A model generated the notes under the pieces. It did not search any database. It was not told the DNA's origin and was given only the letters and a program-made list of their open reading frames with translations. The position numbers were made by a program, and so were the translations under genes. This document shows positions 38,802 to 51,800 of a stretch of 64,000 bases of DNA, one piece after another. Each line of letters starts with the position of its first letter. Position 1 is the first letter of the stretch. Source of the DNA: a virus (Duplodnaviria; Caudoviricetes); IMG/VR virus record IMGVR_UViG_3300025715_000009, positions 160,001 to 224,000 of that record. The stretch is one strand, 5' to 3'.

Positions 38802-39779
38802 TTAAGTCAAGGTTGTACTAACCCAAGATGTTCCATTATAAATATATAATATATTAGTTGATGCATCAAATCTAACTGTTCCTGCAGTTGGTGAATCCGA
38901 TGGTGCACCTGATGTTGATGGAATTAAAATTTCATTAAATTTGGTATCAACTTCACTCTCTGTATAATATCTATCATCATGATTATGATTACCCTCTGCA
39001 AATGTTCCAGATGTTGTTCCAAATGATCCAGTTGTTACTACTCCGTCTGTAGTTGTTTTAAGAGGTAAGTTAGCTGTTGATCCAACTTTACCATCATTAG
39101 TTATATTACCATGTTCATGATCACCTTCAGCAACAGAATCTGATACAGTGCCAAAATCTTTATTAAATGCTGTGTTCTTTGTGAATACTGGTTCATAAAC
39201 ACCACTGTGGTCATGTGTTGTATCAGATTTAGATAATAACAAAGTATCAACTTGTAATTGAGTATATTTATCTAAATCAGTTATATCCGTCTCTGTATGA
39301 GTGTGTCCTGTAGGTGAATAAGACAAATCATGATTATGTGATCCTATTGCTAATTGTGTGGCTGCAGTACCAATATCTCCATTTGTTTGCAATGTTTCAA
39401 AAGTAACTGCTGCAGAAGTTATATAATTTTCTGAGTGTGATGTATTTGAGTGAGTTGTTGGATTATATAATGATGGTTTATTTATAACATTAGAAAAATC
39501 AACTTGTTTTTTACCACTACTCTCCCCTTCGAAAAATGCATCAACTTCTTCTTCTGTATAATATACATCATTGTGATCATGCACTCCAACTCCACCTGGT
39601 GTAAGTTCTAACCATGCTGAAGATCCACCAAACCATAACTTGCTTGTATCTTCAGCATGTATTACTACACCTATATAATCACTTGACCAAATTGGAAGTG
39701 TTGCTTCATGCTCAACTCCATGTGGTTTTCCATTAATCTTTATTGGCTTTTGAAAATCTATTGTTCCCTGCCATTTCAT
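38802..39779 (-). CDS. Fibre-like protein with HxH repeats
   Basis: HDHNDVYYTE, A.G.H.H repeats, terminal LYIYNGTSW. Confidence 0.7.
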   Translation of the reverse strand: MKWQGTIDFQKPIKINGKPHGVEHEATLPIWSSDYIGVVIHAEDTSKLWFGGSSAWLELTPGGVGVHDHNDVYYTEEEVDAFFEGESSGKKQVDFSNVINKPSLYNPTTHSNTSHSENYITSAAVTFETLQTNGDIGTAATQLAIGSHNHDLSYSPTGHTHTETDITDLDKYTQLQVDTLLLSKSDTTHDHSGVYEPVFTKNTAFNKDFGTVSDSVAEGDHEHGNITNDGKVGSTANLPLKTTTDGVVTTGSFGTTSGTFAEGNHNHDDRYYTESEVDTKFNEILIPSTSGAPSDSPTAGTVRFDASTNILYIYNGTSWVSTTLT

Positions 39780-39831
39780 ACTCTATCCTCCTATATTATT
39801 TCTAAAATATTGAGCTTTGCTCATTATAGGT

Positions 39832-42800
39832 TTATTTAACTATAATCATTCTAATTATATCATTCTGTGATCTTGCTAATGTCAATACTCCATTCTCAAG
39901 TTGAACCATGTCAATACCAACTGTCTTACCAGTAGATGGATCAAAGAATGTGAATACAGCATCATATGAAGCATCAACTTGTATCAATGATATATAAGCA
40001 TTTTTTGTAGGATCCCAAGTCCATTTTTGAATATCTTTTGTTATACTATTATTTGCCTTCTTCACAATAAAGACATTCATTGTCGTAGCATTATCTGCTG
40101 TCTTTACTCTTATTGTATTGAGATCAATAAATTCTATTGATTCGGCTCCTGTAAGCCAACCAAGACCTAATGTTGTATCAATATCAAATGTTGATACCAT
40201 GAGTTTATTAGTATTAAAATTATGAACTATATCAGCATAATATCCACCTTGACCATCTGGCGTCCATTGACTTACTACTTTAGAATATTTATCAATTACT
40301 CCAAACACTGTAATATCTAAATTAAGAGAATTGTCAGCAACATAAATACGAACATTGTTTGCATCTAATCTTTCTATTTCTTCAACACCTATTACTATTC
40401 CATTTTCTGTAATAAGACAAACGACATCTGTTGTTCCTAATCCATGATTTACATCAGCATAATAATATCCATTATATTGCCCAGATCCAACTTGCCAAGC
40501 TGTATTTAATATTTCACCTTGTGATGATGTTTTGTCTTTTTGATTGAGATAAACATAATCAATTGCTGCTTGTACTGTTGTTGCTGGAATAGTAGAAGTT
40601 GTATTATTATATGATATGTCAGAAGCTTGGCCCCAATCAATATCGGCAATTTTAACCCATGCTGTTCCACTCCATACATATTGTGCTTGTCTTCCATCAC
40701 CATCATCTAATACTGTTCGAGCATTTCCAACTGTATTTCCTGATGTTGGAAGATCAGCATAAGTATTAACTGGTGATTGCCAAGATAATGCCCCTGCTAA
40801 TGCTGCTATCTTATCATCAACTTCTGCTAATGCACCTTCGACTGTTGTTGCAGTATATTTACCTGCAACATCTTGTATACTAATTAATGAAGCACCTTTA
40901 CCTACTGTTGTACTTGCTAAATCTTGTCTAATAGATAAATCACCATTTACACGATTATTAATCTCAGTTGATAGTCCAGTGCTTAATGCCCCAACAGATT
41001 GATTAAGATTAAATATGTCGTTTGAATTAACTGCAATTGCAACATTAGCAGATGATATATTTTGTGTATTTGTAGTAATTCTACTTTCATGATTCATCAA
41101 GTTTGGTTTTGTTGCTAAAGCATTCCAAGTAGAACCGTCAATACCGTCTTTCATTAATCCTAATGTATTGTTTATATTAGATATACTTGATGAATTAGAA
41201 GATGTGTTTGTTTGTAATGTTGATATGTCTGATATCATACCTTGAATTGCATTATAATTCCCAGCAACAGTCATAGAAGCATTTCTTCCTGGTCCGGCTA
41301 ATTCTTGTAGCACATCTTCAACTGTTGTTTCTATAAATAATCCATTGCCTTCTACTCCAATTAGTGATGCTCCACGATTAAGATCTTGACTCAACAAATC
41401 AGTTCTTAATGCATTTACAGTTGCTTGTCTATCATTTACTTCTTGTGTAATTCTTGATGATAGTGTAACATTATTCATTGTAGAAGCAATAAAACTAGAT
41501 CCAATAGCAGTTGCGGATGATAATGTTGCTCCTAATGAAGAAATTAAATCTAAATAAGAAATTCCAGATTGTATATTAATTGCATGACCAAGTGTATAAT
41601 CTGTTTTATCAAATATTCTAATATTATATAATGTGTTAACTCCATCGATATAAGATATTGCTTCAATACGATATGATAAAGATAGTGGAAGGCCAGATGT
41701 AGTATGTATTGCATTTGGCAAATAATTTATAATCAAATCTTCCCAAGTTATTATTGATGATGTAGTAAAATAATACTCTCCACCATTGATAATAAGAGAA
41801 TAATCACCATTAGATGAAAGAGCAGTATCATCAGCATCTACAAATCCAGTTAAAATATCTTGATAAGATTCTGCTACAGATGTTTGATTGTCTTTTATTG
41901 ATTCAACTTCTATATCAAGAGCAGTTAAATTTGTTTTAATATTATAAATATTATAACCACTTGACTGAGCCAAACTTCTAGTCCATAATCCAGAATTCCC
42001 ATCTTGCATATAATCAAGATCTTCTAATGAAGTAGAAGTTGATGATCCAATTGCAGTAATATCATCTTTTAAAGATTTCAAACTTTCAGTTGTTCTACCA
42101 GCACCTGCAATTTCTTGTAATATGTCTTCTACCGTAGTAGCAGAGTATCTAGCACCAACATCATAGACACCAATTAGTGCCGCACCTTTATTTATATCCG
42201 TAGATGCATACAAATCTTTTATTTGTTGATCTGCAATAACTCTAGCATTTATTTCATTATTCAAACCATCAGATAAAGTATCAATATTGCCATCAAGTGT
42301 ATTAACTGCATTATTAGTATTAATAAGATTATTTTGAATTGAAGTTGTTTTAATATCTAAATTTAATGCAGTTGCCTCAAGAGTTGTTATTCTATTTTCG
42401 TGATTACCAACACCAGATGGTAAAGATGAAGAATCTTGATTAAATGGCCAAGCATACCCAGTGAAATTCTTTAATTTACTAATTGCATTATCATTATTGA
42501 TTTCATTCTCTTCATATTCTGCCACTCTACTTTGTAATGAGTTGACAGTATTCACAATATCATTTGTTATATCAACATATTCATAAGTATCTTGTTTTAT
42601 GCCAAGAATTTCATTTTTCATTTCTTCTATATTAGAAGAAATAAATGATTCATTATAAAATTCATAAGTAGTATTCCAATTTAATACTTCTGAATCTGTT
42701 GTTGTATAGTCGTGAATTATTACATCTTTTACAACAATATCAGCGGCTTTTTCTGTACTTGTGTCGTATCCAATATACATATCAGCCCATATGTTGTTTG

Positions 42801-45800
42801 CAAATGGAGAATCAATGATATAATTAAAATAATCGAACCAATAAACAAATCTATTGTTGATATAATCATAAACAAAACCAATAGAATGCCATTGATTAAA
42901 GAAATCATCGGTTGTTTCAAATCTCCAAATTGATGAAGAATCATTATTTATAGAATATTCAAATATACCTCTATTTTTGTCTGAATCAAAATAATAAATA
43001 ACTTTTAATCCAAGAGATTGATTAACAATTCCAGCATCATAAGCAGGCAAAGAAATTATTGTTTTTGTTTCATTATTCTCGTATTCAAAATATGGTTTAA
43101 ATTTAAAGAATATAGTTCCTCTTTCTTTGTTAAGCAAAGATTTACCAATCTTAATTCTACCAATAGTATTATTAGTTGACTCAACAAATGGAGAAGCAAA
43201 TGTTTTTGCTTCTAATTGAACTGAATCAATATAAATACGATCAACTTCTTTTATAACAAATCCAATATTATAATCACCTGCATATTCATTTATAAATGTA
43301 TAAATTACTCTCCACCAATTATCATCAAGTTTTTCAATCTTAGTCCAATTTTTTTCTTCATTAGTAATCTTACATTGTAAATGATTAGATGTAATTCTGT
43401 CATCACTATGAATATAAGCAGATAATGTATATTTTGTATTCTCTTGTAAGAATTTTCTTTGAGTTATATAAAGAGGAACTGTGGACATCTTTTCAACAAC
43501 TAAAGAATTTTCAGAGAATTTATTATATTTTGGATTAAGATTAAAAGAGACAGTGTTATTTAATGGTGTTTCTAAAACAACTGATATATCCCAAATTTCA
43601 GAACCAGGAACTCCAACTTGTTTTAATCCAGATATTACCTGTATTGGATTAATTACACCAACATCTTCTTTAAAATCAACTTCAATAGAGGAGGCAACAA
43701 AATCATCTGTTAAGAACATTAATCTTCCATTTCTTATACCCCAAGTAATTCTTGTATTTATTCCTTCAAATGCAGCATACATCATCTTCTCTAATTCATA
43801 TTGATTAGAAATTGTTACTCTAGCATAACCATCAAATGCTGCTGGAAGAGTAGAATAATTCACACCTATTGCAGTTAACAAATCGTTCGTTTCTGTTGTG
43901 TCTGTAAATTTAACGCCTGAATTTGTGCCTTCAAAATTTGATATTGCTCTAATATCTAATCCAACTTTATTCCAAGATATACCTAAATTTAAATTGTTTA
44001 ATTTAGAAAGGATAATATCCCATCTATCATCTACTGGTGTTCCATATTGTTTTGTTTGAGTAGTTGCATCAAGTGCATCTAATAATTCACAAGTTGGATT
44101 TATTTCAACAGATGCAGTATCTCCTCTTGCTGTTGTTGTGGCTCTTAATTTGCCATTTACAATTGACCATATAAGATCGCCTGATGTAACAACATTTAAT
44201 TTATTTACAAGACTTGCAAATGTTGTATTTGCATTTGATCCTTCTTGGAAAATTAAATATCTAGCTCCAGCAGTTCCAGATCTTGGATTTATATTAACAG
44301 CACCATTTTCTATATTTGTAAATCTAACATATGGTAATTTACCTTGATAATTTACGGCTAATGTTATAACACCATTTAATGTTCCTATTGATGGATCAGA
44401 AATATAGTGTGTATCATCTGTTGTAACTATTTCAACAACTGCACCAGTCCCAGATGCATTAAATTCTGCTGCAGTATTTACCGTAGTTCTTATTGCATCT
44501 GCTATCTCTTCTTTTGTAACAAGCCCATCAATTTCAACTTTAATTCCAGTATAACCAGATGGAGAAGGATTGGTTGTTGGTTTTATACCACTTGTTATTA
44601 CACTACCAGTAAAATTAATATAAGAAAAATCAGGTGGTGAAACAGATTCTTTTACAGCATTTGTAACTGTCAATATATTATTAAGAACAGTTGAATTAAA
44701 ATCAATAACACTATTTATTCTACTATTAGTTAATGATGCTACATCGTTTGCTGACTCATTTGCAGCAATTTCAACCATATGTCCAATACCAGAACCTAAA
44801 TATGTTTTTGCTCTATAATTTTTACCCTTTACTTTAAGACTAAAAATCATATCAGAGCCAAATGTTCCATTTGAAGATTCAAGACTGGTTGCTCCTGCAG
44901 GAATAATAAATCTGGCTGTATATTCACCTTCACTGTTATAATTTCTTATCATCGAATCATTTGTAAATCCAGATACTTGAGCGGTCAATACAGCAATTGT
45001 TTTTTCTATAATAGCAATTCTCTGATCAACACCAGTTATTGAAGAATCAAGATCTACTTTAATTCTATTTTTATCAGAAGGTGGAAGTGTAACAGATTGA
45101 TTATTAACAGTATAATAAACATAATAATCTCCTGTTGGCGTTGATAACTCAAAATATTTACCTTCATAGTCTTCTTTTAATTTAATCGTATCTGTGAATT
45201 CAAGAGTAAATTGTTCTTGAACTGCAGGCTGATTTATTCCAGGATCACGGCCATCATTAGCAACATTATACCAGAAATAGTGCTCATTTCCACCGCCTGA
45301 AATGGTAAAGAATTTTTCATTAAGCATTAAATTTGGATCATTGCTTGTTGTGTCATCAGCAGAACAAGTAATTTCTGTAACTTGTTCAACGCCAGCTTGA
45401 TTAGCATCAAACCATACATAATATAATCTATCATTACCATATTGATCATTGCTCATAATAGTAAAATATTTACTATCATAATCAAGAATATTGTTTGATA
45501 GTGCTGTTATTGTGGTAGTTTCTGCTTGACCATTATGCTTGGTTGCAGTCATTTTGGTGACTGGGAACGCAGTCGCAACTTTTGTTAAAATTGCATCTTG
45601 ATTATCACCACTTGCTATTACTACCTCAACACCAGTTTTTGTGCTTGGAGAAGCAAGATTTGTATCTGGCGCAGCACCTACTTTTGTTGTTGTAATTGTA
45701 AATATTCCAATTGAATCATGATCTTCTGCTAATGAAAGAGTAGCATTTTGAGTATTTGTTATTGTAATAACATTATCAACTCTTTGAATGTTAAAATCTG

Positions 45801-48800
45801 AAATTGGAGATAATAGTGTTACTATTCTATTTGCTATTTCATTTCTTAAAACTTCAGGACCAAGAACACTATATGTTAAATTAAGCGGCAAATAAGATCC
45901 TGTATTCCCAAAATCTGGAGTACTACCAGAAACAGTTGAAACATCAATCCAAATGTTTACTGCTGTTCCATCATTTTTATATATTGTAAATCCTTTGCCT
46001 TCCCACGATGTATATCCTGGTATATCCCAATTTAAATTCACAGTAATAACTGTTGTTTGTTTTTGTCCAGCGGGGTCACGTGATCCACCATCCAGATATG
46101 TTCCATCAGAGAACCAAACATAATATTGTGTTTCGTCTCTTAAAGAAGAAATCTCAAAGAATTTATTTTTTAAATAACCAAGATCACCAACAACGGTTAT
46201 ATCTGTTATTTCTTTTGTTCCTTCAAGTTTAACAGTCTTATCAACAACAGTTGATCCAGGATAAAGAGTATATTGTAAATCATATTCTGTTTCCACACCA
46301 CTTGGATTTAAAGGAGTAGGAGATGAACCAGTGATTGAAGAAGAAAATGTTAGTTCTTGATATCCAGGATCTGCTTCTAATTCAATTGTGTGTCTCTCAG
46401 TTGGTTGGCCGTTTATATCAATATCAAATACAAATTCACCAGCACCAACTCCTGATGAAGCATTAAAATCTGTAATATTAAGACCAAGATCTTGATATCC
46501 TGCAGCGGCAGAATATTGTGGTAAATCTGGGTTCACAACGTTAATAGTTATACCAGTATTATCTGATATCAATCTTGACTCATAGGTTTTTATTCTCCAA
46601 TTAGATTCAAGAACAAGTGGTGTAGTATAATCAATAACTGTAGTTTGGGCAAGAGCATTGTGATTACCAGAGAAATTAGAGTTTTGTAATATGTTCTCTG
46701 TTGGGTTGCCAATAAACCAAGCCTGATATCCATCTTCCCAAGTCATTCTCTTGTTTGTCTCTGGCAAGAATCTATTTTTCTTAGCACCAAGATCTGAATC
46801 ACCTTTTAATGACCAATATTCTTGTAATGTACGTGGATCAAGAGTTCTAGCAAGAGGAATTTGATTTACATAAGACACAGGATCGTTGAATTGAACTTTT
46901 TTTACATTCCAAAGTTCGAATTGTTTACGATCAATGAATCTGTTATCGATTCTAAACTCATCATAATAACCAGTCATCTTATTAGAACCATCAAATGCGG
47001 CACCAATAGTTATATATTTTGTAATATCATTATAATTCCAAGCATTGTTTCCATCATCACCCCTACCAGGGATAAGTTTTCCATTTGTGTATCTTGAAAG
47101 ATCATATTTAACAAATGATTCAATTGATTCTTGATCATTATGATAGAAAATAATAATATTTTGTAATTTATTATATTCATCAAACTGTGGTTTAGAGTTA
47201 ATTATTTTTTCATAGTTGATTGTAAAAGAAAGCCTATGCCATTTTTGATATTCTTCATCAGATGTGATGTCAATTGGAGAAATTATAGAATAAGATTTTT
47301 CTTTATTAGCAACTATAACCCTAAAGTGATATGGGTCTGTTGGTGAATTGGTAGGATCTGGTTCTACTGAATGATTATCAAGAGCATTGTTGTTATAAGC
47401 CAATACAATATAATCTTCATTATCATCAGCAACTCTTGTATCAAATAAAATACCAGAGTTAGCAACTGATCCTGCTGGTTTAAATTCTAATGTAACAGTT
47501 ATTTTTTCAGAATTTATAGCCATTGCATAACGAATTGCTTCATCAATATAAGCAGTGTAATTCTTTAATTTTCTTGGGATGTCTTTTTCTGTTTGCTGTC
47601 TTATTTCTGCATAACAGCCAAGATCTAATCCACCTCTACCTTGCTCAAGAGCAGGAGAGTCTGATGTTGATCCTTTTGCAATTGACTTCAAATGATAATC
47701 ATCCTCACCAATAAACTGTGGAGATCCACCAACACCTTCAGAATAAATACAAGATTCTCTGCCCAATAAATCACCACTTCTATAGTTAAAGTTTGTATAT
47801 TCTCCAACCCCAGTAGAGAAATTTGGGAAATCAATAAAACAAGTGTCAAAATTTACTGATGAGTTTGTATTGAATGGTTTTGCTTGATCACCAAGTACTT
47901 CATTATTATTAAATAAAATTGAGTTAGAATAATTAATTATTAAATCATATTTTGGTGTAGCAAACAAACCATTATTATCTGCAATAGTACAGAAATCAAA
48001 CCCAAAACTTCCAGACCAATTTGGTTCAGGATCAAATTCAACAATATGATCTGTTGAATTGTGAATAAGACAATTTTGGAAAGTATATGATGCTGATTGT
48101 TGAACAATGTTTGTGAATACATCACCAGGCGCAATAGACTCATTATCACTTGTAGCAACAGATAATGGAGTGCCTGTAATACCATCATCTCTTTCACTTG
48201 ATTTCATATATGGGTGAATAAATGGAGATGGATATAAGATATTCTTTACACGAATCAATGAATTATGATTATATCTTGCTTCAGAATTATATATATTTAT
48301 TTTTTGTGGAGAAACACAGTTTAAAGATGTATTTTCAAACGTACAATAATAAATTGATAGTTCATTATAAGGATAAAGAGAAGTATTTTTAAAATAAATG
48401 CCTTGTAAATTAAGTTTAGTGATGTTTTGAATTGATCCAAGCCAATTACAATAAGATTTAGCAACAATGGAAACGGTAAATGGTTTATCAATTTCTATAT
48501 TTTCTGTGATGTTTGCTGGTTGAGTAATAATAATATTAGTAACATAATCATCAGTATCATTATAATACAATGCATCAAGTGCTTTTTTAACTGTTTTAAA
48601 TGCTGTTGTTTCAGATCTACCATTGTTAGTATCTAAACCAGAAATTGGGTCTACAAACACAGAGAATGATGTTCCTGGATAAGTAAATTTAGTTCTTAAT
48701 CCTAATTGATATCCATCATGCCATGCGCCAATTTCTTCAAGTTGAATAACAGAATAATTTTTAATGATAGGTATAATTTTGCTATTCTGAATAAAATTGA

Positions 48801-51800
48801 GAGGCGTGAGTCCATTTGTAGAATTAAAGTCTTTCTTAAATGGGAAGTAGGCAAGTGTTTCTGGTAATAATGAAATATTAAAATTAAGATTATCACGAGC
48901 ATCAATATAAATTCTTCTATCGTAAATATCATTGATTTGATAATCATTGTCAACAACATTTATTTCATAAAGAACATCATTATTTGTATTGTCTTCTATT
49001 TCATATATTTCAACACCGTTATAATATTGTTTTGATTCTCTTATTCCAGTTCCTACACCTGGATCATATGGTTTATATGGATTATCATAAGCAGATCTAC
49101 CACGAACAATATAAATAAAATTACCAAATCTATCTGGAGTATTACGAATTTTAATTTGATCAATTCTTGGATAATGATAATTATAAGATACCTTTATAGG
49201 ATCTTGTATTTCAAGAGACAACATTGCAAACATTTGATTGATTGCCCAAATTCTTCCTTCAGGGCGGAGTAAGAAATAATCATCTCTTGGATCATAAATA
49301 ATAGTTGTTATAGGTTTAGAATTTCCAAAATCATAAGCATTGAATATTTTTTCATATTTATATTGGAAGTAAAAATATTCATTATCAGATATTGTTTCAT
49401 GGATTGTGATCTTTCTTGTGTTTGTATCAAAAGAATAATCAATTCCTTTTTCCATTTCTTGATATTCAACAAAATCTGCCCAAACGTGCATGTTTGGATC
49501 AATACGAGAGAATCTTGATCCTTCAATAAATGGAGTTGCTGAAGCATTCTTTTCTAATTGTACTTTATCAACTAATAATTGACCTGTAGTAAGAGAATAA
49601 ATTTCTACTCTCAATTTAGTTGTTCTTGAATCTTGTACTTCATGAGATAAAGACAGTCTATGCCATTTATCATAATCTTCTACATCTTCAAAATTGTTGA
49701 ATTCACCAATTTCTTTAATTAAAACAGAAGATCTAAATACAGTATCAGTAAAAGAGTTAGATGATTTATTATATCCAAAATTATTTACATTAGAATTATC
49801 ACACTCTGAAATTCTTATTATTGCTTTTGAATAATTGTATGATTTAAGATCTAATGATAAAGTATATGTATCAGATGCAAAATCAACATCTTTTACTTGA
49901 TAAATTAATCCTATTTCTTCACCAGAAGTCTCTGGTTGTAATACAAATTCTGTTATATCGTTTCTATCATCATAGAGATCTTTTGTTTGTTTAAATCTTG
50001 TTTCTATTTCATTACCATTTAATAAATGTAAATCCCAAGAAGTTGGCACATTATCATTATAAAATTTTTCCCAAATTGTTTCTATTGTAGATCCACTTGG
50101 ATTTATGCAGCGATAATAAGTACTTTCATTAGACACAAACCAAGCATCGTTCAACACCATGCCATTGACTGGTAATTCACTTTTTAAAGATTTTTGTCCT
50201 TTATAAACATAACCAAATTTTTGGATAGCGGATTGGAAATAAGAGAAATCTGGATTAGATAACAAGTTATCTGTGTCAGATCTTATTATTTTATTGTTTG
50301 TATAATCAACAAAATAATCTTCACCTTCTGTAAATCCTACTTCTGCAACGGTGTTTGTCTTTAATCTTACTGAACCTTTGAGAAGATTATAACCTGGATC
50401 TATTGGAAGATCGATCCAAACTTTATTTATAGAAGTATCACCAAATGTTTTTTCTACGTTATCAATATGTTTATATTTTGTCAATACAACATCATCATAA
50501 ATTTTCCATTTTGTATAATATGGAATTTCAACCCAATGATCTCCAAGCCATTGATAATATGCTTTATCTAAAACATGCCAAATATCGCCAACATTAGAGG
50601 AATTGAGTGATTTTGGAAGTAATTCTTCTGTTAATACAGTTCCTTTTATGATTGGAGTGTCTGGATAAAACCCAGAACTATTCTTTAAAACATTAGGATC
50701 ATATTTGGATTGGAATATTTGCTTTCCTCTAATTATATAAAACTTTTTTGTTTGATTTTCAGGGATAAATATTTTGTGAACGTTTCCACGAATGTGTTTA
50801 GTTAAATCTTTTCTTCCTATGGAATAAAATCCATCTGTTTTAATTGAAGAAGATTCTGGAATTTTCCAATCAAAGTCTGGAGATATTGAATCTTGACCTC
50901 TCGGATCTAACCATTCTAATTTTGCTCCAGAATATATTGTTTTAATTGCTTCATATATTTGTTGAATAGTCCAAGGACCTGAATCTTCTTTTGGTGATAT
51001 AATAGTTATTTGTTCACCATCTTTTTTACCATCAACCCAAACTTCAAAACCATATCTTTCATTTGGCTTATAATAACCCAATGTTGTATCACCATTTGGA
51101 TCAATAACTTCATAGCAGTGTTCTATTCTTGTAAATTCTCTTGAAGCGGAGTCTACACCATTTGAATAAACAAATATATTCTCACCTAATAAATCCAAAA
51201 GTTGTTCACTATCATCTGTAGCAGGTTTAAATTCTATAGTATGATCATTTGCATCATCTTTATATTTTGCTTTTATTACTCTATTGTCAACTGTTCCGCC
51301 AAAAAGAATACGATCATTGAATTTTGCAATTGATTCAAACTTATAAATATTTTTTGTAAAATCAAGATCACTTTCTTTTTCACCAATATCAACAAGAGTA
51401 AATCTGTCATACGTAGTATAATTATTTAAGAAAACAAGGGAGTAAATTCTCTTATCATCTGCAACAAACATTCTATTAGAATCATCATGTAAAGCAGCAT
51501 TTACTCTTTTAATTTTACCATATTTACCATTTACATATTTTATTGCTTGTGGTCCTGTTGGGTTTTTTATATCAATAAAAGCAAATGGTGGATCTTGGGT
51601 ATTATTTGGTTGTTTTTCAAAACCAATAAAGAGATATTCATAGTTTTCAACATATTGAGATGCTTGATATAATCCTTGGATGGCAACATTGATTGAGAAG
51701 CCTTCTGGTCCTAATGTTCCTGCTTCAGCATCTACAACTTCTCCTGGCAGATCAGTCTTAACTTGAACTTTTATAGTGTTTTGAATTCTGTAAGCCACAA

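Noticed and set aside
39811-39823. TGAGC-TTT-GCTCA hairpin after the giant fibre gene as a terminator
   Set aside because: Short stem with no adjacent U-tract; too weak to call
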